DNA of 64,000 nt from Acidobacteriota bacterium (GCA_963666055.2 CAXWPH010000015.1:1248001-1312000); one strand, 5' to 3'; numbered from the stretch's first letter, positions 20,636 through 31,282 are shown. Made by a program: numbers and translations. The notes: a model not told the origin generated them from the sequence alone.

Positions 20636-22030
20636 TTCACTGGCGATACCTGGGAATGGGATGGGAAACAGTGGAGGCAGGTAGCCTCGTCGGGGCCCTC
20701 GTCGCGAGTCGCTTCGATGGTCTACGACAGCGCGCGTGGGGTGAGCGTTCTGTTCGGGGGTATAGGCGATTCGAGCTTTAGTGACACCTGGGAGTGGGAC
20801 GGCAAAAGCTGGGCCCAAGCTAGCTCGACCGGACCTAGTCAGCGCTTCAACACGGCCATGGCCTACGATGAACGACGCGGCGTGAGCGTTCTGTTCGGAG
20901 GCTCGACTACCGGCGCGAACGGCTTGGGTGACACCTGGGAGTGGGATGGCGACAGCTGGACCCAGGTCAGTGATGGCGGGCCGCCGGCTCGCCATCTGCA
21001 CGCGATGGCCTACGACAGCAGGCGCGGCGTGGTGGTCCTGTTTGGAGGCGAGCGCTTCGGAACGAAGTTTGACGACACCTGGGAGTGGGACGGGAATAAG
21101 TGGAATCAGGTCGATGTCGGCGGTCCGCCGCCCCGCGCGTTTTCCGGGATGGCCTACGATGCTGCGCGCGGCCAGATGGTGGTCTTTGGAGGCAACGCTG
21201 GAGACGGCGATCTGGGGGATACGTGGATCCTGCGTTCGGGCATCTCCTCGGCGCACTCCGACTACACCGGTGACGGCAGCACCGATCTCGGTGTCTACAA
21301 CGCCAACACCCGCCGTTGGAACATTCAGGGCAAGAGAAAGAAGGTCAAGTTCGGCGCGCCGAATGCGCTACCGGTTCCAGGCGATTACGACGGCGATGGC
21401 AAGACTGATGCAGCCTACTTTGATGCGGCCAACAGCCTCTGGAAGGTACGCAACCAGTTCACCGTCGCAGACTTCGGCCAAGCAGGGGATCTGCCCGCCC
21501 CGGGCGACTATGACGGCGACGGCAAGACCGACCCGGCGTTTTTCCGACCCGCTACCGGGACCTGGCACATCGCCGAAGGAGCGGACTTGGAGGGTGCCGG
21601 AGCCGCCACGGCGACCGGTGTGGCCGATTCGTCGCTGAGGCGAGTCGAGGAGGTGTCGTTCGGGCAGATGGGCGATGTCCCGATACCGGGTGACTATGAC
21701 GGCGATGGGATCTCCGATTTGGCCGTCTATCGCCCTTCGGGGAGCCTGTGGATCATCAAAGATCAGGGGCAGTTCAAGTTCGGCAAGAGCGGCAGCATTC
21801 CGGTGCCGGCCGACTACGACGGCAATGGCACCACCGACGCCGCGGTGTGGATCCCCACGACAGGCCAATGGCTGGTGCGCCGCGGCGCCAAGGCCAGATT
21901 CGGTCAGCTGGGCGACGCCAATCGCGAGCCCACACAATTTCGGAGAACGAGCGGGAGTCGAATCCTTGGCGGACGCAATGCTTACCGGATTTCGAGTCGG
22001 ATGAAGACTGATGCTGGCCGTTTCTCCTGA
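20636..22030 (+). pseudogene. Kelch-like (DTWEWDG) plus FG-GAP-like (DYDGDGKTD) repeat protein, truncated at both ends
   Basis: Four DTWEWDG repeats and about five D-Y-x-G-x-G-x-x-D repeats; no signal peptide or credible start; tail after about 21920 is non-homologous. Confidence 0.7.
21941..22000 (-). other. Degenerate tRNA-Ser(CGA)-like 3' remnant, possible att scar
   Basis: Minus strand CCGACTCGAAATCCGGT...GGATTCGACTCCCGC...TCTCCG; stems broken. Confidence 0.35.
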
Positions 22031-22508
22031 TCTCGTTACTGCGGCTGAACTTCGCGCCACTCGTTGAAGTTATGGGACTTATGAACGGTTGGAATGTGTG
22101 GATGAGGTCGGGATTCTGGAGCCTATAGCCCCGGAACTGCTACCCGAACTGCTACGCGAGATCCCTCGGTAATGGCCGGAGCAGTCCCGCGCACTGGTTC
22201 CGTAGACGGCAGGCCGCGGGGAGCGCAGGGACAATTCGGGGACAGGGCCACACATCGTTCGCGTGCCGTAGCCGATCCCAGTGGCACGCGCGACGTGACC
22301 AGCGCAACGACACCCCAGCATCTTTGTCTCTCGAGCCCAGCCATCTGGCATTCGCTGGTCACGATCGGGCAGATCATCGGCTCTAGCGAAATGCTGCGGG
22401 AGGAAGCCGACACCCCACACTGTTTTCCCGCGCGTGAGCCGTTCGCCCTTGGCGGTTCTGCGAGGGCGTATGTACTGTAGGAGCTCCGTCGGCGTGGAGG
22501 AGATTCGG

Positions 22509-23579
22509 ATGAGCACGGAACGACGTACCTGGCTCCGATTCGGGCCGTCGATCATTGCGCTGGCGATCCTGACATCGTTGATGGCACTCGGAGCTTCGAA
22601 CGCCCAGGAGACCGCCACAGCCTCTGCGACGTGGGAGGTGCCCAGGACACGCGACGGTCACCCGGACCTGCAGGGCAACTGGACCAACGCGACGCTGACG
22701 CCCATGGTGCGGCCGGAAGGACAGGGACCCGTGCTCACGCGGCAACAGGTCATGGCGATCGAGCAGATGCAGGCGGATGCGGTCGAGCGGGGCGCGGCGC
22801 CGAGCGATCCCGACCGTCCGCCGCCGCCGGCCGGGGGTGACGACCCGGAATGCATCGATACCGCGACCGGCTGCTACAACGAGGTCTACCGTGAGCCTGG
22901 CGAACGCGTGGCGGTCGTGAACGGCGAGCCACGCAGCTCGCTGATCACCGTCCCGGCTGACGGCCGGCCGCCAACTCTCACCGAGGAAGGCGAGCGACGC
23001 GTCCAGGCGCGGCGCGATTTTCGCGCACAGTTCGGGCGGCGAGACCATCCGGAGCTACTGCACGTGGGGCAGCGCTGCCTGGTTTCATTCGGGTCGAACG
23101 CCGGCCCGCCGATGTTGCCCAACTACTGGTACAACAACAACTACACGATCGTGCAAGCTGCCGACCACGTGATGATCATGACCGAGATGGTGCACGACGT
23201 GCGCGTCATCCGCCTCGGCGACCACAAGCGGTTGCCGACGGCGTTGCGGCCGTGGTTCGGCGATTCGTGGGGGCGCTGGGAGGGCGACACGCTGGTGGTC
23301 GAGACCACCAACCTCAACCCCGACCAAACGCTGAGTGGAGTGCCGCCTACGACGGAGCGTCGCGTCATCGAGCGCTTCACCCGCGTGGACGAAGACACCA
23401 TCCACTACGAGTTCACGATCGACGACCCGACGATGTACACGGCCGCCTGGGGAGGCGAGGTCCCCTTCGAGCGCTTCAACGACCTGCTGTACGAGTACGC
23501 CTGCCACGAGGGCAACTACTCGATGGCCAACGTGCTGAGCGGCGCCCGCTACGAGGAACAGACCGAGGAGCGCCGCTAG
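22509..23579 (+). CDS. Conserved secreted hypothetical protein (PRTxDGHPDLQGxW family)
   Basis: Signal peptide; GDSWGRWEGDTLVVETTN, ERFTR, YEYACHEGN; GGAGG RBS. Confidence 0.85.
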   Translation: MSTERRTWLRFGPSIIALAILTSLMALGASNAQETATASATWEVPRTRDGHPDLQGNWTNATLTPMVRPEGQGPVLTRQQVMAIEQMQADAVERGAAPSDPDRPPPPAGGDDPECIDTATGCYNEVYREPGERVAVVNGEPRSSLITVPADGRPPTLTEEGERRVQARRDFRAQFGRRDHPELLHVGQRCLVSFGSNAGPPMLPNYWYNNNYTIVQAADHVMIMTEMVHDVRVIRLGDHKRLPTALRPWFGDSWGRWEGDTLVVETTNLNPDQTLSGVPPTTERRVIERFTRVDEDTIHYEFTIDDPTMYTAAWGGEVPFERFNDLLYEYACHEGNYSMANVLSGARYEEQTEERR

Positions 23580-23662
23580 GCTCGGCGCCAATCCGACTCC
23601 ACCGCGCCGCCCGCGCCGAGCGGTTCGATGATCTCGTAGTGGCCGAGCGTCTTGCCGATCAT
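23580..23662 (-). pseudogene. Ser/Thr kinase N-terminal stub
   Basis: MIGKTLGHYEIIEPLGAGG then diverges; first 33 nt match the kinase start at 63198. Confidence 0.75.
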
Positions 23663-23712
23663 CCTCTTCAACTCACTGGATGTAGCCAAGTGCCCGAAGA
23701 GTGCGTAGTTGC

Positions 23713-24420
23713 TCAGGCGTCAGTGGGGCACCATCGGATCGTGTGGGCTCCCCATCGCTCATCAATGACTTCGATCAAACTGCTGAACTCACCGGTCTCG
23801 GGATCGACATAGAACTCATCTAGAATCACCGGCCGCGGTTCCCAGCCTTTCTCCCCCAGCAGCAATGGTGCCAGCGATTGCCCCTGCACCACCTCGGGCA
23901 TGGAAAGACCCGCCAGGTCCAGGATCGTCGGCAACATGTCGATCATCGACACCGGCTGGCTGAAGCGCTGCCCTGCGGCAATGCGTTCGGGCCACACAAC
24001 GATCAACGGGATACGCGTCACCGAGGGCCTGAACATAGGACCCCAGCAGCGGGGCGGTAGAGGATCCAGCAGACCGAGGTAGAAGTTCTTCTACCCGGCG
24101 GCAACACCATGGTCGGCCGCGACGATCAACAGCGTCTGATCCCACTCACCGGTAGCCTTGAGGCGTTCGACGAGCTGGCCAAGCTGAAAGTCTTGGTGGG
24201 TCATGGTCTCATCGTACAGACCACGAACGATGTCGAAGTAGGCGAGCCGGCTGATACCGGTCTTCTCAAAAGAGGCCGAGTAGGGACCGGCCACTGTCGA
24301 TCTCGAACTGGGGTAATCGCCACCCGCCGCTCGCAGCTGTCGCATCCAGTCCTCGTGGGTCGCTCGCTGGTCGGGGCTAACGAACAGGCCGGCGAATGGA
24401 GCCAGGGGCTGGTGTGCGAT
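23713..24420 (-). pseudogene. Sulfatase-like fragment with in-frame TAG (24091-24093)
   Basis: LYDE...TLLIVAADHG, RIPLIVVWP, VSMIDMLPTILDLAG; both ends missing. Confidence 0.75.
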
Positions 24421-24618
24421 TGCCCGGTGGCGAGTTCGAGACCCATCTGGCCCGAGTGCGCGCCAACCTGCACTTCTCGGATCGAGTGCTGATCGACTCG
24501 CTCGCACAGTACAGCACGATTAGCGACCAGGTATCGCTGTTCGCGCGGCTGCGGTACATCTACCGCACCGGGCGACGACTTCTACCTCGTCTATCGACAG
24601 ACGACCGCTTACGAGGGC
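24420..24618 (+). pseudogene. C-terminal fragment of an outer-membrane beta-barrel (DUF5916-like) protein, frameshifted
   Basis: SLAQYSTISDQVSLFARLRYIYRTG / DDFYLVY. Confidence 0.5.
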
Positions 24619-24852
24619 GTGTTCGTTGTCTGGCTCGTGCACCCGGACGCTCGCGAGGGCATCGACTTCGATCCCGACAACGTCAAGGCGCTCTGGCACG
24701 TGACGATCCAGGAGGACATCTGGATCACCGAAAACAACCACGCCGGCATCGAGTCCGGCGCCTACACAGCAGGTCGATACTCCAGCCACGAGGGCGGCTG
24801 CTCCGGTTTCATCAGCCGGTACATGAAGGAGATCGTCACGGCTGGGGACTAA
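24619..24852 (+). pseudogene. C-terminal fragment of a third Rieske oxygenase paralog
   Basis: WLVHPDAREGIDFDPDNVKALWHVTIQEDIWITENNHAGIES nearly identical to the C-termini of the genes at 8873 and 57476. Confidence 0.85.
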
Positions 24853-24915
24853 CGCGTCCGAAGTGCTCGTCACAGCAACCCGGGTATGAGACGAGTGGCC
24901 CTGGAGAGCGGTTGC

Positions 24916-26070
24916 TCAGGTGGATCGAGCGAGGATCTCGTTCAGGCGATCGCCCACAGTCAGCTCCTGGCCGTGGAGCATCACGTCAACGGCCACGACG
25001 AGACTCTCATCGTGAACCATCGTCGCGATGCTCGGCTCACCCCGCAGCAGGGCATCGTTGACCGCTTGGGCTGTGGTGTTCGAGTTGGCGTCGAAGGTCA
25101 GGGCGACGCAGTTCACCGGTCGCTCGAGTAGAGTTTCCTCCATCGTGAAGTAGCGTGCCCGCGCTGTGACTCCCTGGACCTCTTCGAGTCGTGCACGTTC
25201 GAGCAACCGATCGACTCTCTCCGCATAGCCCGCCCAGCGTTGCGCCGGGTCGACTGACAGCCACTCTTGCAGCGCTACGACTACACCAACGATGATCTGG
25301 CGGTCCAGCTTGAAGGGTCGCCCGAAGGTTCTGTAGTCGCCTGATTCGAACCCCGTGAAATCGAGACCGGCGACCGCGTCGATCAAGTCCTTGCGGCCGC
25401 AGATGAAACCTCCGGAGTTGGGGCCGCCGAAGTACTTGGCACTGAAACAGACCAGGTCGGCCCCCGCGGTACTGAAGCTTTGGATCGTCTCGGCCGAGTC
25501 GATCTTGTAGGCGGCGTCAACCAGCGTCGGAACGCCATGCATTCGGCTGAGCGCTGCGACTTCGGCGAGCGGCAGTGTTCCCGCTAGCCCATCGAGATGC
25601 GCCGGGAACACCACCACGGCGGTATTCCGGTCCAGGCTGGCTTTCAGCTGCGCGGCGGTCGTTTCATTTTCGTCGCCAACCTGGTGCAGGGTGGCACCGG
25701 TCATCCGCGCACAGCGGTCGTACATGTAATGGTGCGCCTGCTGGATGACGATCCGATCGGGCATGCCCGTAGTGTCGGGCAGTTGCTCCCATTTTCGTCC
25801 ATCGATGCCGGTCATGCAGGCGGCGGTCCCCAACGTAATTGCGGCGGAGGCGCCGGAAGTGACACGCGCCGCCTCTGCGCCGGCGATCTCAGCGAGGGTC
25901 TCGCCGGATCGGTCGAGCAACTCCGCCATGTTGACGAATGACTGGTTGCTCTCCTCCATCGCCGCCCATACAGCTGGCGAGAGAATGGAGCCGCCGAGAC
26001 CCGTATAGACACCACAGGCATTGATGACGGGCGTAACCCCGAGCGTTTCGTACAGGCGGTTCTGGTCCAT
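24916..26070 (-). CDS. SelA/DgaE-like PLP-dependent enzyme
   Basis: PVINACGVYTGLGGS, VTSGASAAI, LVDAA, FSAKYFGGPNSG (PLP lysine). Confidence 0.85.
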   Translation of the reverse strand: MDQNRLYETLGVTPVINACGVYTGLGGSILSPAVWAAMEESNQSFVNMAELLDRSGETLAEIAGAEAARVTSGASAAITLGTAACMTGIDGRKWEQLPDTTGMPDRIVIQQAHHYMYDRCARMTGATLHQVGDENETTAAQLKASLDRNTAVVVFPAHLDGLAGTLPLAEVAALSRMHGVPTLVDAAYKIDSAETIQSFSTAGADLVCFSAKYFGGPNSGGFICGRKDLIDAVAGLDFTGFESGDYRTFGRPFKLDRQIIVGVVVALQEWLSVDPAQRWAGYAERVDRLLERARLEEVQGVTARARYFTMEETLLERPVNCVALTFDANSNTTAQAVNDALLRGEPSIATMVHDESLVVAVDVMLHGQELTVGDRLNEILARST

Positions 26071-26153
26071 CCGTTATGGCCTCTCGTCGCTTCTCGAACG
26101 TGTTCGGGGTGGGTGGATAGCGCGATTGGAGGTGCGGGCGGCGCTAGTAGCCT

Positions 26154-27293
26154 CTAGTACGTGGTCACCTGGTCGATGATGGTCAGGGCTCGCTCAATGT
26201 CCTCCTCGCCGTTGAAGAGGTGAGGCGAGAATCGGACGAAGTCGTTGCGTGGCGACGCCAGCACTTTCTTCGCCTTGAGACGTCGTGCGATCTCTGGATT
26301 GTCGCCCTCGAAACGCGCCGCCACGATGGCGCTTCGCTCTGAGATCTCTTCTGGAGACAAGACCTGAACGCCACGTTCCAACAGGCCGTTCCTGAACATC
26401 GAAGCACTGTTTTGATTGTGTTCGGCGATCCTGTCAATCGATACGTCCAGCAGATATGCGAGTGATTCGCAGGCCGCGATGGCGGCCCCGTAGGACATCG
26501 TGCTGAATTCGAATCGGCTTGCCGAAGGCGGATACTCCAGTCGATCGGCTTGGAAGCTCCACATGTCGACGTGGCTGCGCCATCCGACGATTCCGGGGTT
26601 GAGGGTCTGCAGCGCAGGCGCCACATACATCACGGCCGCCCCGAAGGGTCCGCATAGCCACTTGTACGTCGAACAGGTGACCGCGTCGATGCCCATCGCC
26701 TGCGCGTCAATGGGCACCTGGCCGGCGGATTGGGTTGCATCGACGATCAGCAAGGCGCCGTGCTCGTGCGTGGCTTTCGCGATTCTCTGCAGGTCGTATC
26801 GTTGGCCGGCGCCGTACTCGACGTGCGACAGGCACACGACCGCGACATCGTCCTGGATCGCGGCCAGTATTTCATCCGTGTTGACGTATTGATCTTCCGC
26901 AGCTACCCAGCGGATGTCGGCACCTGTGTGCGCGGCGACTCGTACCCAGGGGTAGATCGTGCTCGGATGGCATATGCGTGTCGCAACGATGCGCGTGCCT
27001 TTTTCCGGGGCGACGGCCCAAGCCAGAGAGCTCATCAGGATGGTCTCGCTCGACCCGATTGCGATGTCCTCGGGCCGGCCGTTGAACAGCCTGGCAGCCT
27101 CCCGGTGGAAGTTGATGAAGACGCTCTCTTCGTCCGACTCGTCGAAGGACCCAGTGCCTTCTTTGGCGAGTCGCCGCTGCCAGTCGATCGCAGAGGCCGC
27201 CGCGTCACGATGCATCAGCGCAATCGAGGCGGAGTCGAGGTACGTCGACGTTGCAGCGGCGGGGAAGACGTCGGTCCCTGCTAGCGGCTTCAT
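26154..27293 (-). CDS. Aminotransferase class V (cysteine desulfurase/kynureninase-like fold)
   Basis: YLDSAS, VDATQSAG, YKWLCGPFG, RFEFST, RFSPHLFN. Confidence 0.88.
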   Translation of the reverse strand: MKPLAGTDVFPAAATSTYLDSASIALMHRDAAASAIDWQRRLAKEGTGSFDESDEESVFINFHREAARLFNGRPEDIAIGSSETILMSSLAWAVAPEKGTRIVATRICHPSTIYPWVRVAAHTGADIRWVAAEDQYVNTDEILAAIQDDVAVVCLSHVEYGAGQRYDLQRIAKATHEHGALLIVDATQSAGQVPIDAQAMGIDAVTCSTYKWLCGPFGAAVMYVAPALQTLNPGIVGWRSHVDMWSFQADRLEYPPSASRFEFSTMSYGAAIAACESLAYLLDVSIDRIAEHNQNSASMFRNGLLERGVQVLSPEEISERSAIVAARFEGDNPEIARRLKAKKVLASPRNDFVRFSPHLFNGEEDIERALTIIDQVTTY

Positions 27294-29812
27294 GAACGCC
27301 TCTGGTCTCGCGTCGCGCGAGCCCTGTTGCCGGAAAGAATCCCCACCAACTCGTCGTCAATGCTCGAGGCGAGCGTTCCCGCGGGCCGGATAGCCGCTCC
27401 TTCGAACTCGAAGTCGATTCGTCGAACCGAGCCATCCTCTATCTCGTGCGGCATCGCGATGTTGTGTCGGAACGGTGGCTTCTCTTCTGACAGATCCGTG
27501 AACTCGGTCCTCGTCATGCCCAGAGGCGTCAGGATGCGGTCATGGATGACCTCCTCGTAGGTGCTGTTGGTGACCTGGCCCGCGACATAACCGGCCGCCA
27601 TGAACATGGTGTTGTTGTACTGGAAACGTTCCCTGAATCCGACGCTGAGGTCGGCGTTCCGGATGCTGCCGACCAGGTCCTGTCGCGACAGCGTGCTTCC
27701 CATCCAGCTGACAGCGCTCTCGGGAACGCCGGTGCGATGGGTGACCAGGTCTTCCACGGTGAGGTGTGCCGACACGTACTCGTCATTGTGGACGGCGAAG
27801 CTCGGCACGTACGTGCGCACCGGAGCCTGCCAGTCGATCAAGCCGTCGTCGACAAGCATGGCTAGCGCAGTCGTCGTGAAGGCCTTCGTCGTCGAGCCGA
27901 TCAGGAAGATGGTCTGGGAGTCGATCGGACGACCCGTGCTCGTGTCCCTTGTTCCGAAGCCTTCGGCGAAGATCACTTCGCCGTTGCGCACGATTCCGAC
28001 ACCCAATCCGGGCACCCCGGCTTCCGCCACCCTCTGCTCGATCGTCTCCCGGATCGCTCCGAGTTGTCTCTCGAGTGTCGGAGTTGGCTTCGCTAGATTC
28101 GGCTGGCGCGGCGTGTGTCCGGGACCTCGCACAACCATGCCCGGTCGAGCGTCCGAGACCTCGCCGTTGTGTAGAACGACCTCCCCGTTCACGACGACGG
28201 TATGGACCCCCGTCGATATTTGATGCGGGTCAATATAGGTGGCCCGATCGATGATGGTGGCGGGATCGAAGATCACCACATCGGCATAGAAGCCTTCCCT
28301 GAGCAGCCCTCGGTCACGTATCTGGAGGATTTGTGCCGGGAAAGACGTAGCGCGCCTCACTGCCTCCTCCAAACGCACCAGGCCAAGCTCGCGGACATAC
28401 TTGCCCAAGATCTTGGGAAACGAGCCGTAGCTGCGCGGATGCGTAAGCCCCCCGGACAGCGGCCCGTCGGGAGCGATCGTTCCCCCATCAGTGCCGAATG
28501 CTACCCAGGGTTGCTGGATCGCCAGTTGAATGTCGTTTTCATTGTTGATGTATGACGTGAATCCGGGGTCGCCCTCGAGGACGAGGTCCATGACGGTGTC
28601 GCGCGGATCCTGATTCTTGGCGCGCGCGATCGCATCCAACGTCATGCCTTGATACGGGGCCAGGTTCGGGTTGTCAGCCCCGCCGACGAGGGTGATTCCC
28701 CGCGGACCGCCACCTGCCCCCATGTACTCTTTCTCCCACTCGTCGGTCTGCGTCGCCAGGTCCGTTTGAATCCGCTCACGGATCTGCTCGTCGTTCAGGC
28801 GGCGGACGACCTCGTCCCAGCCACCCTCCAGTGCCCAAGGTGGCAGCAGCGCCGAGAAGCTCGCGGCCCCTTGCTCGTAGGGATACATGTCCGCGGTGAT
28901 CTGCAGGCCTTCCGCTCGAGCATCCTCCACGCGCTGCACGATCTCGGGCATGCGGCCCCAGTTCTGCTCGTAGGCGATCTTCAAGTGCGTAATGTGCGCC
29001 GGAATGCGCGCCTCGCGGGCGATTTGAAAAACCTCATCCAGGGACGCGTGGAAGGCGTTGCCCTCGCTTCGGGGGTGCGTCTGATACACGCCGCCGTACG
29101 CGGAAGCGACCTTTGCCATCTCGACGAGCTCGCTCGTCCGGTTGTAGCGGTCCGGGGAGTACATGAGCGCCGAGTACACACCCAGGGCCCCGTCCCGCAT
29201 CGCTTGGTCGACGATCTCGCGCATTTGGTCGAGTTCTTCAGGAGTCGCGAGGCGGTTATCGTGACCCACAGTCATCACGCGGACGTTCTCGGTACCGAGA
29301 TAGGTGGCGAAGTTGATCGTTGCCGGCGTTGCTTCCAGGTGGCGAAAGAACTGATCGAGCGAGCGCCACTCGAGGTCGACACCGTAGCGGGCGAGCCTGG
29401 CCTCGTGGCGGGCCGCCATGGCATCGTTCAGCGGTGCTACCGAACTGCCCTCCCCCTCGATTTCCAGGGTGATTCCCTGCGTGACCTTGCTCACCGCGCG
29501 TGGATCAACGAAGTAGTTGGTTCCGGGATGGGCGTGCATATCGATGAACCCGGGCGAGACAGCATACCCCTGTGCGTCGATGCGACGCCTCGCCAATGCC
29601 TGGGAGAGGTCGCCGACGGCAGCGATCTTCTTGCCGCGGATGCCTACGTCGGCCTCGAACCAGGGATTCCCCGTACCGTCGATGAGCCGTCCGCCATGGA
29701 CGATCAGATCGAACGGCTCCTGTGCGGCGTGGGAATCTGCCTGAGGGATCAGGTATCCGAAAAGCAGAACTCCGACGGATAGGAGGGACAGCGGCAGCGT
29801 GGTTCTAGACAT
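27290..29812 (-). CDS. N-acyl-D-amino-acid deacylase fused to a beta-lactamase-family serine hydrolase (C-terminus apparently truncated)
   Basis: PGFIDMHAH, THLK, HPRSYGSFPK, RGLLREGFYADVVIFDP; then GSTTKAF, LVTHRTG, FQYNN; third (HxG) motif missing. Confidence 0.85.
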   Translation of the reverse strand: MSRTTLPLSLLSVGVLLFGYLIPQADSHAAQEPFDLIVHGGRLIDGTGNPWFEADVGIRGKKIAAVGDLSQALARRRIDAQGYAVSPGFIDMHAHPGTNYFVDPRAVSKVTQGITLEIEGEGSSVAPLNDAMAARHEARLARYGVDLEWRSLDQFFRHLEATPATINFATYLGTENVRVMTVGHDNRLATPEELDQMREIVDQAMRDGALGVYSALMYSPDRYNRTSELVEMAKVASAYGGVYQTHPRSEGNAFHASLDEVFQIAREARIPAHITHLKIAYEQNWGRMPEIVQRVEDARAEGLQITADMYPYEQGAASFSALLPPWALEGGWDEVVRRLNDEQIRERIQTDLATQTDEWEKEYMGAGGGPRGITLVGGADNPNLAPYQGMTLDAIARAKNQDPRDTVMDLVLEGDPGFTSYINNENDIQLAIQQPWVAFGTDGGTIAPDGPLSGGLTHPRSYGSFPKILGKYVRELGLVRLEEAVRRATSFPAQILQIRDRGLLREGFYADVVIFDPATIIDRATYIDPHQISTGVHTVVVNGEVVLHNGEVSDARPGMVVRGPGHTPRQPNLAKPTPTLERQLGAIRETIEQRVAEAGVPGLGVGIVRNGEVIFAEGFGTRDTSTGRPIDSQTIFLIGSTTKAFTTTALAMLVDDGLIDWQAPVRTYVPSFAVHNDEYVSAHLTVEDLVTHRTGVPESAVSWMGSTLSRQDLVGSIRNADLSVGFRERFQYNNTMFMAAGYVAGQVTNSTYEEVIHDRILTPLGMTRTEFTDLSEEKPPFRHNIAMPHEIEDGSVRRIDFEFEGAAIRPAGTLASSIDDELVGILSGNRARATRDQRRS

Positions 29813-29899
29813 ATGCGATCCTCCCCACCTCATGTCTACGTGCCCGGCGCGTGGAAAGACGAAGTGGGATGACAAAGCGGATGGCTGTGTGGAGATGGT

Positions 29900-31282
29900 T
29901 CATTGCTTCCGTGACCAGGCGTAATAGACGGGAACGCCGAGCCCAAGAACGGCGAGTCCGGAGAATGCCTCGACCGGTCGCTCGAAGAGGCTCGTGATCC
30001 CGATGGCGACAACGGACGTGAGGAAGAACGCTGGAACGATCGGGTAGCCCCACACCCGATACGGCCTTGGGAGGTCGGGTCGTGTGCGCCTGAGCGTGAA
30101 GACGCTTGCCGCGGCGGCCGCGTAGAGGAGGATCACCGCGAACGTGGCGTAGGTGAAGAGTTGCTCGAACGTCGCCGAGAGTGCCAGGACACACGCCCAG
30201 GCGCACTGAAGCCACAGGGAGACGTGGGGTGTGCGGTACCGCGGATGCACACGAGCCACCGAGCTAAAGAACAGTCCGTCCTTGGCCATGGCGTAGTAGA
30301 CGCGGGCCCCTGCCAGGATCGACCCGTTGGTAGACCCGAATGTGGAGATTACGATGGCCGCGGCGATAAAAACCGCGGCGCTTGGACCCAGGAGTGCCGA
30401 CGCGGCCCTCTCCGCCACTGTGAGCACCCCTTGCATCTCAGTGATCGGTAGCGCCAGGACATACACCACATTCACGAGAAGGTACGTGACCGTGATGGTG
30501 GCGGTTCCGAGCACGAGAGCCCGGGGCAGAGTCCGGGCAGGATCCTTGATCTCGCCGGCAGAAAAGTTGAGGTTGCTGAACCCGTCATATGACCAGAGGA
30601 CCGCGATCAGGGCAATCAAGAACCCGCTGAGCAGTGAACCGCTGTCGACACCTCCTACCGGTGTCGGGAGCTCGCCCGCCGAGCCGCTGCCGGCCCAAAG
30701 TCCTAGAGCGATGAAGATTGCGATCGCTGCAACCTTGAGTATTGTCGAGACGTTCTGGATCAACGCGCCGAACCGGAGGCCGAGCACGTTCATCGCGGTC
30801 AAACCGATGATCGTCGCCACCGCGACGAACTGCCCAGCCGACAAGGACACGGTGGCTCCAGCGAGCGATCCGGAAACCAATACGTTGTCGATGGCGAGAG
30901 CCGGCAAGAAATAGCCGAGGTACACCGCGAAGCCCGTCGCCACCGCGGCGATGGCGCCCGGTTGATAGACCAGAAAGATGATCCATCCGAACAAGAACGC
31001 CGGCAGAGGCCCGTAGGCCTCCCGGAGATAGACGTACTGGCCGCCAGCCTGCGGCATCGCTGCCCCGAGCTCTGCGTAGGTCAGGGCTCCCGCCATGGCC
31101 AGCAATCCTCCCACCAGCCACGCCGCAAGCAGCAGCATCGGATCGGGCAGTGATTCCGCCATGATTCCGGTCGTGAGGAAGATCCCGGAACCGACGGTGA
31201 TTCCGATGACCAAGAAGGTGGAGTCGAGTAGACCGAGTTCGCGTACCAGCTCTCCACCGGCTTCGTGCGGGTCGGGAGTCAT
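29900..31282 (-). CDS. APC-family amino acid permease
   Basis: VGSGIF, YAELGAAMPQAGGQYVYLREAYG, WSYDG, ARVYYAMA, RPYRVWGYP; many TM helices. Confidence 0.93.
   Translation of the reverse strand: MTPDPHEAGGELVRELGLLDSTFLVIGITVGSGIFLTTGIMAESLPDPMLLLAAWLVGGLLAMAGALTYAELGAAMPQAGGQYVYLREAYGPLPAFLFGWIIFLVYQPGAIAAVATGFAVYLGYFLPALAIDNVLVSGSLAGATVSLSAGQFVAVATIIGLTAMNVLGLRFGALIQNVSTILKVAAIAIFIALGLWAGSGSAGELPTPVGGVDSGSLLSGFLIALIAVLWSYDGFSNLNFSAGEIKDPARTLPRALVLGTATITVTYLLVNVVYVLALPITEMQGVLTVAERAASALLGPSAAVFIAAAIVISTFGSTNGSILAGARVYYAMAKDGLFFSSVARVHPRYRTPHVSLWLQCAWACVLALSATFEQLFTYATFAVILLYAAAAASVFTLRRTRPDLPRPYRVWGYPIVPAFFLTSVVAIGITSLFERPVEAFSGLAVLGLGVPVYYAWSRKQ

Noticed and set aside
20640-21900. Periodic DNA repeats as a CRISPR-like array
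   Set aside because: The repeats are degenerate at third codon positions and encode Kelch/FG-GAP protein repeats; no cas genes
24091-24093. In-frame TAG in the sulfatase as a possible pyrrolysine or recoding site
   Set aside because: The gene is truncated at both ends, no pyl genes are visible, and TAG is used as a normal stop throughout the window
24916-26070. True selA and a selenocysteine system
   Set aside because: Protein is short (384 aa) and DgaE-like; no selB, selC or selD is visible nearby
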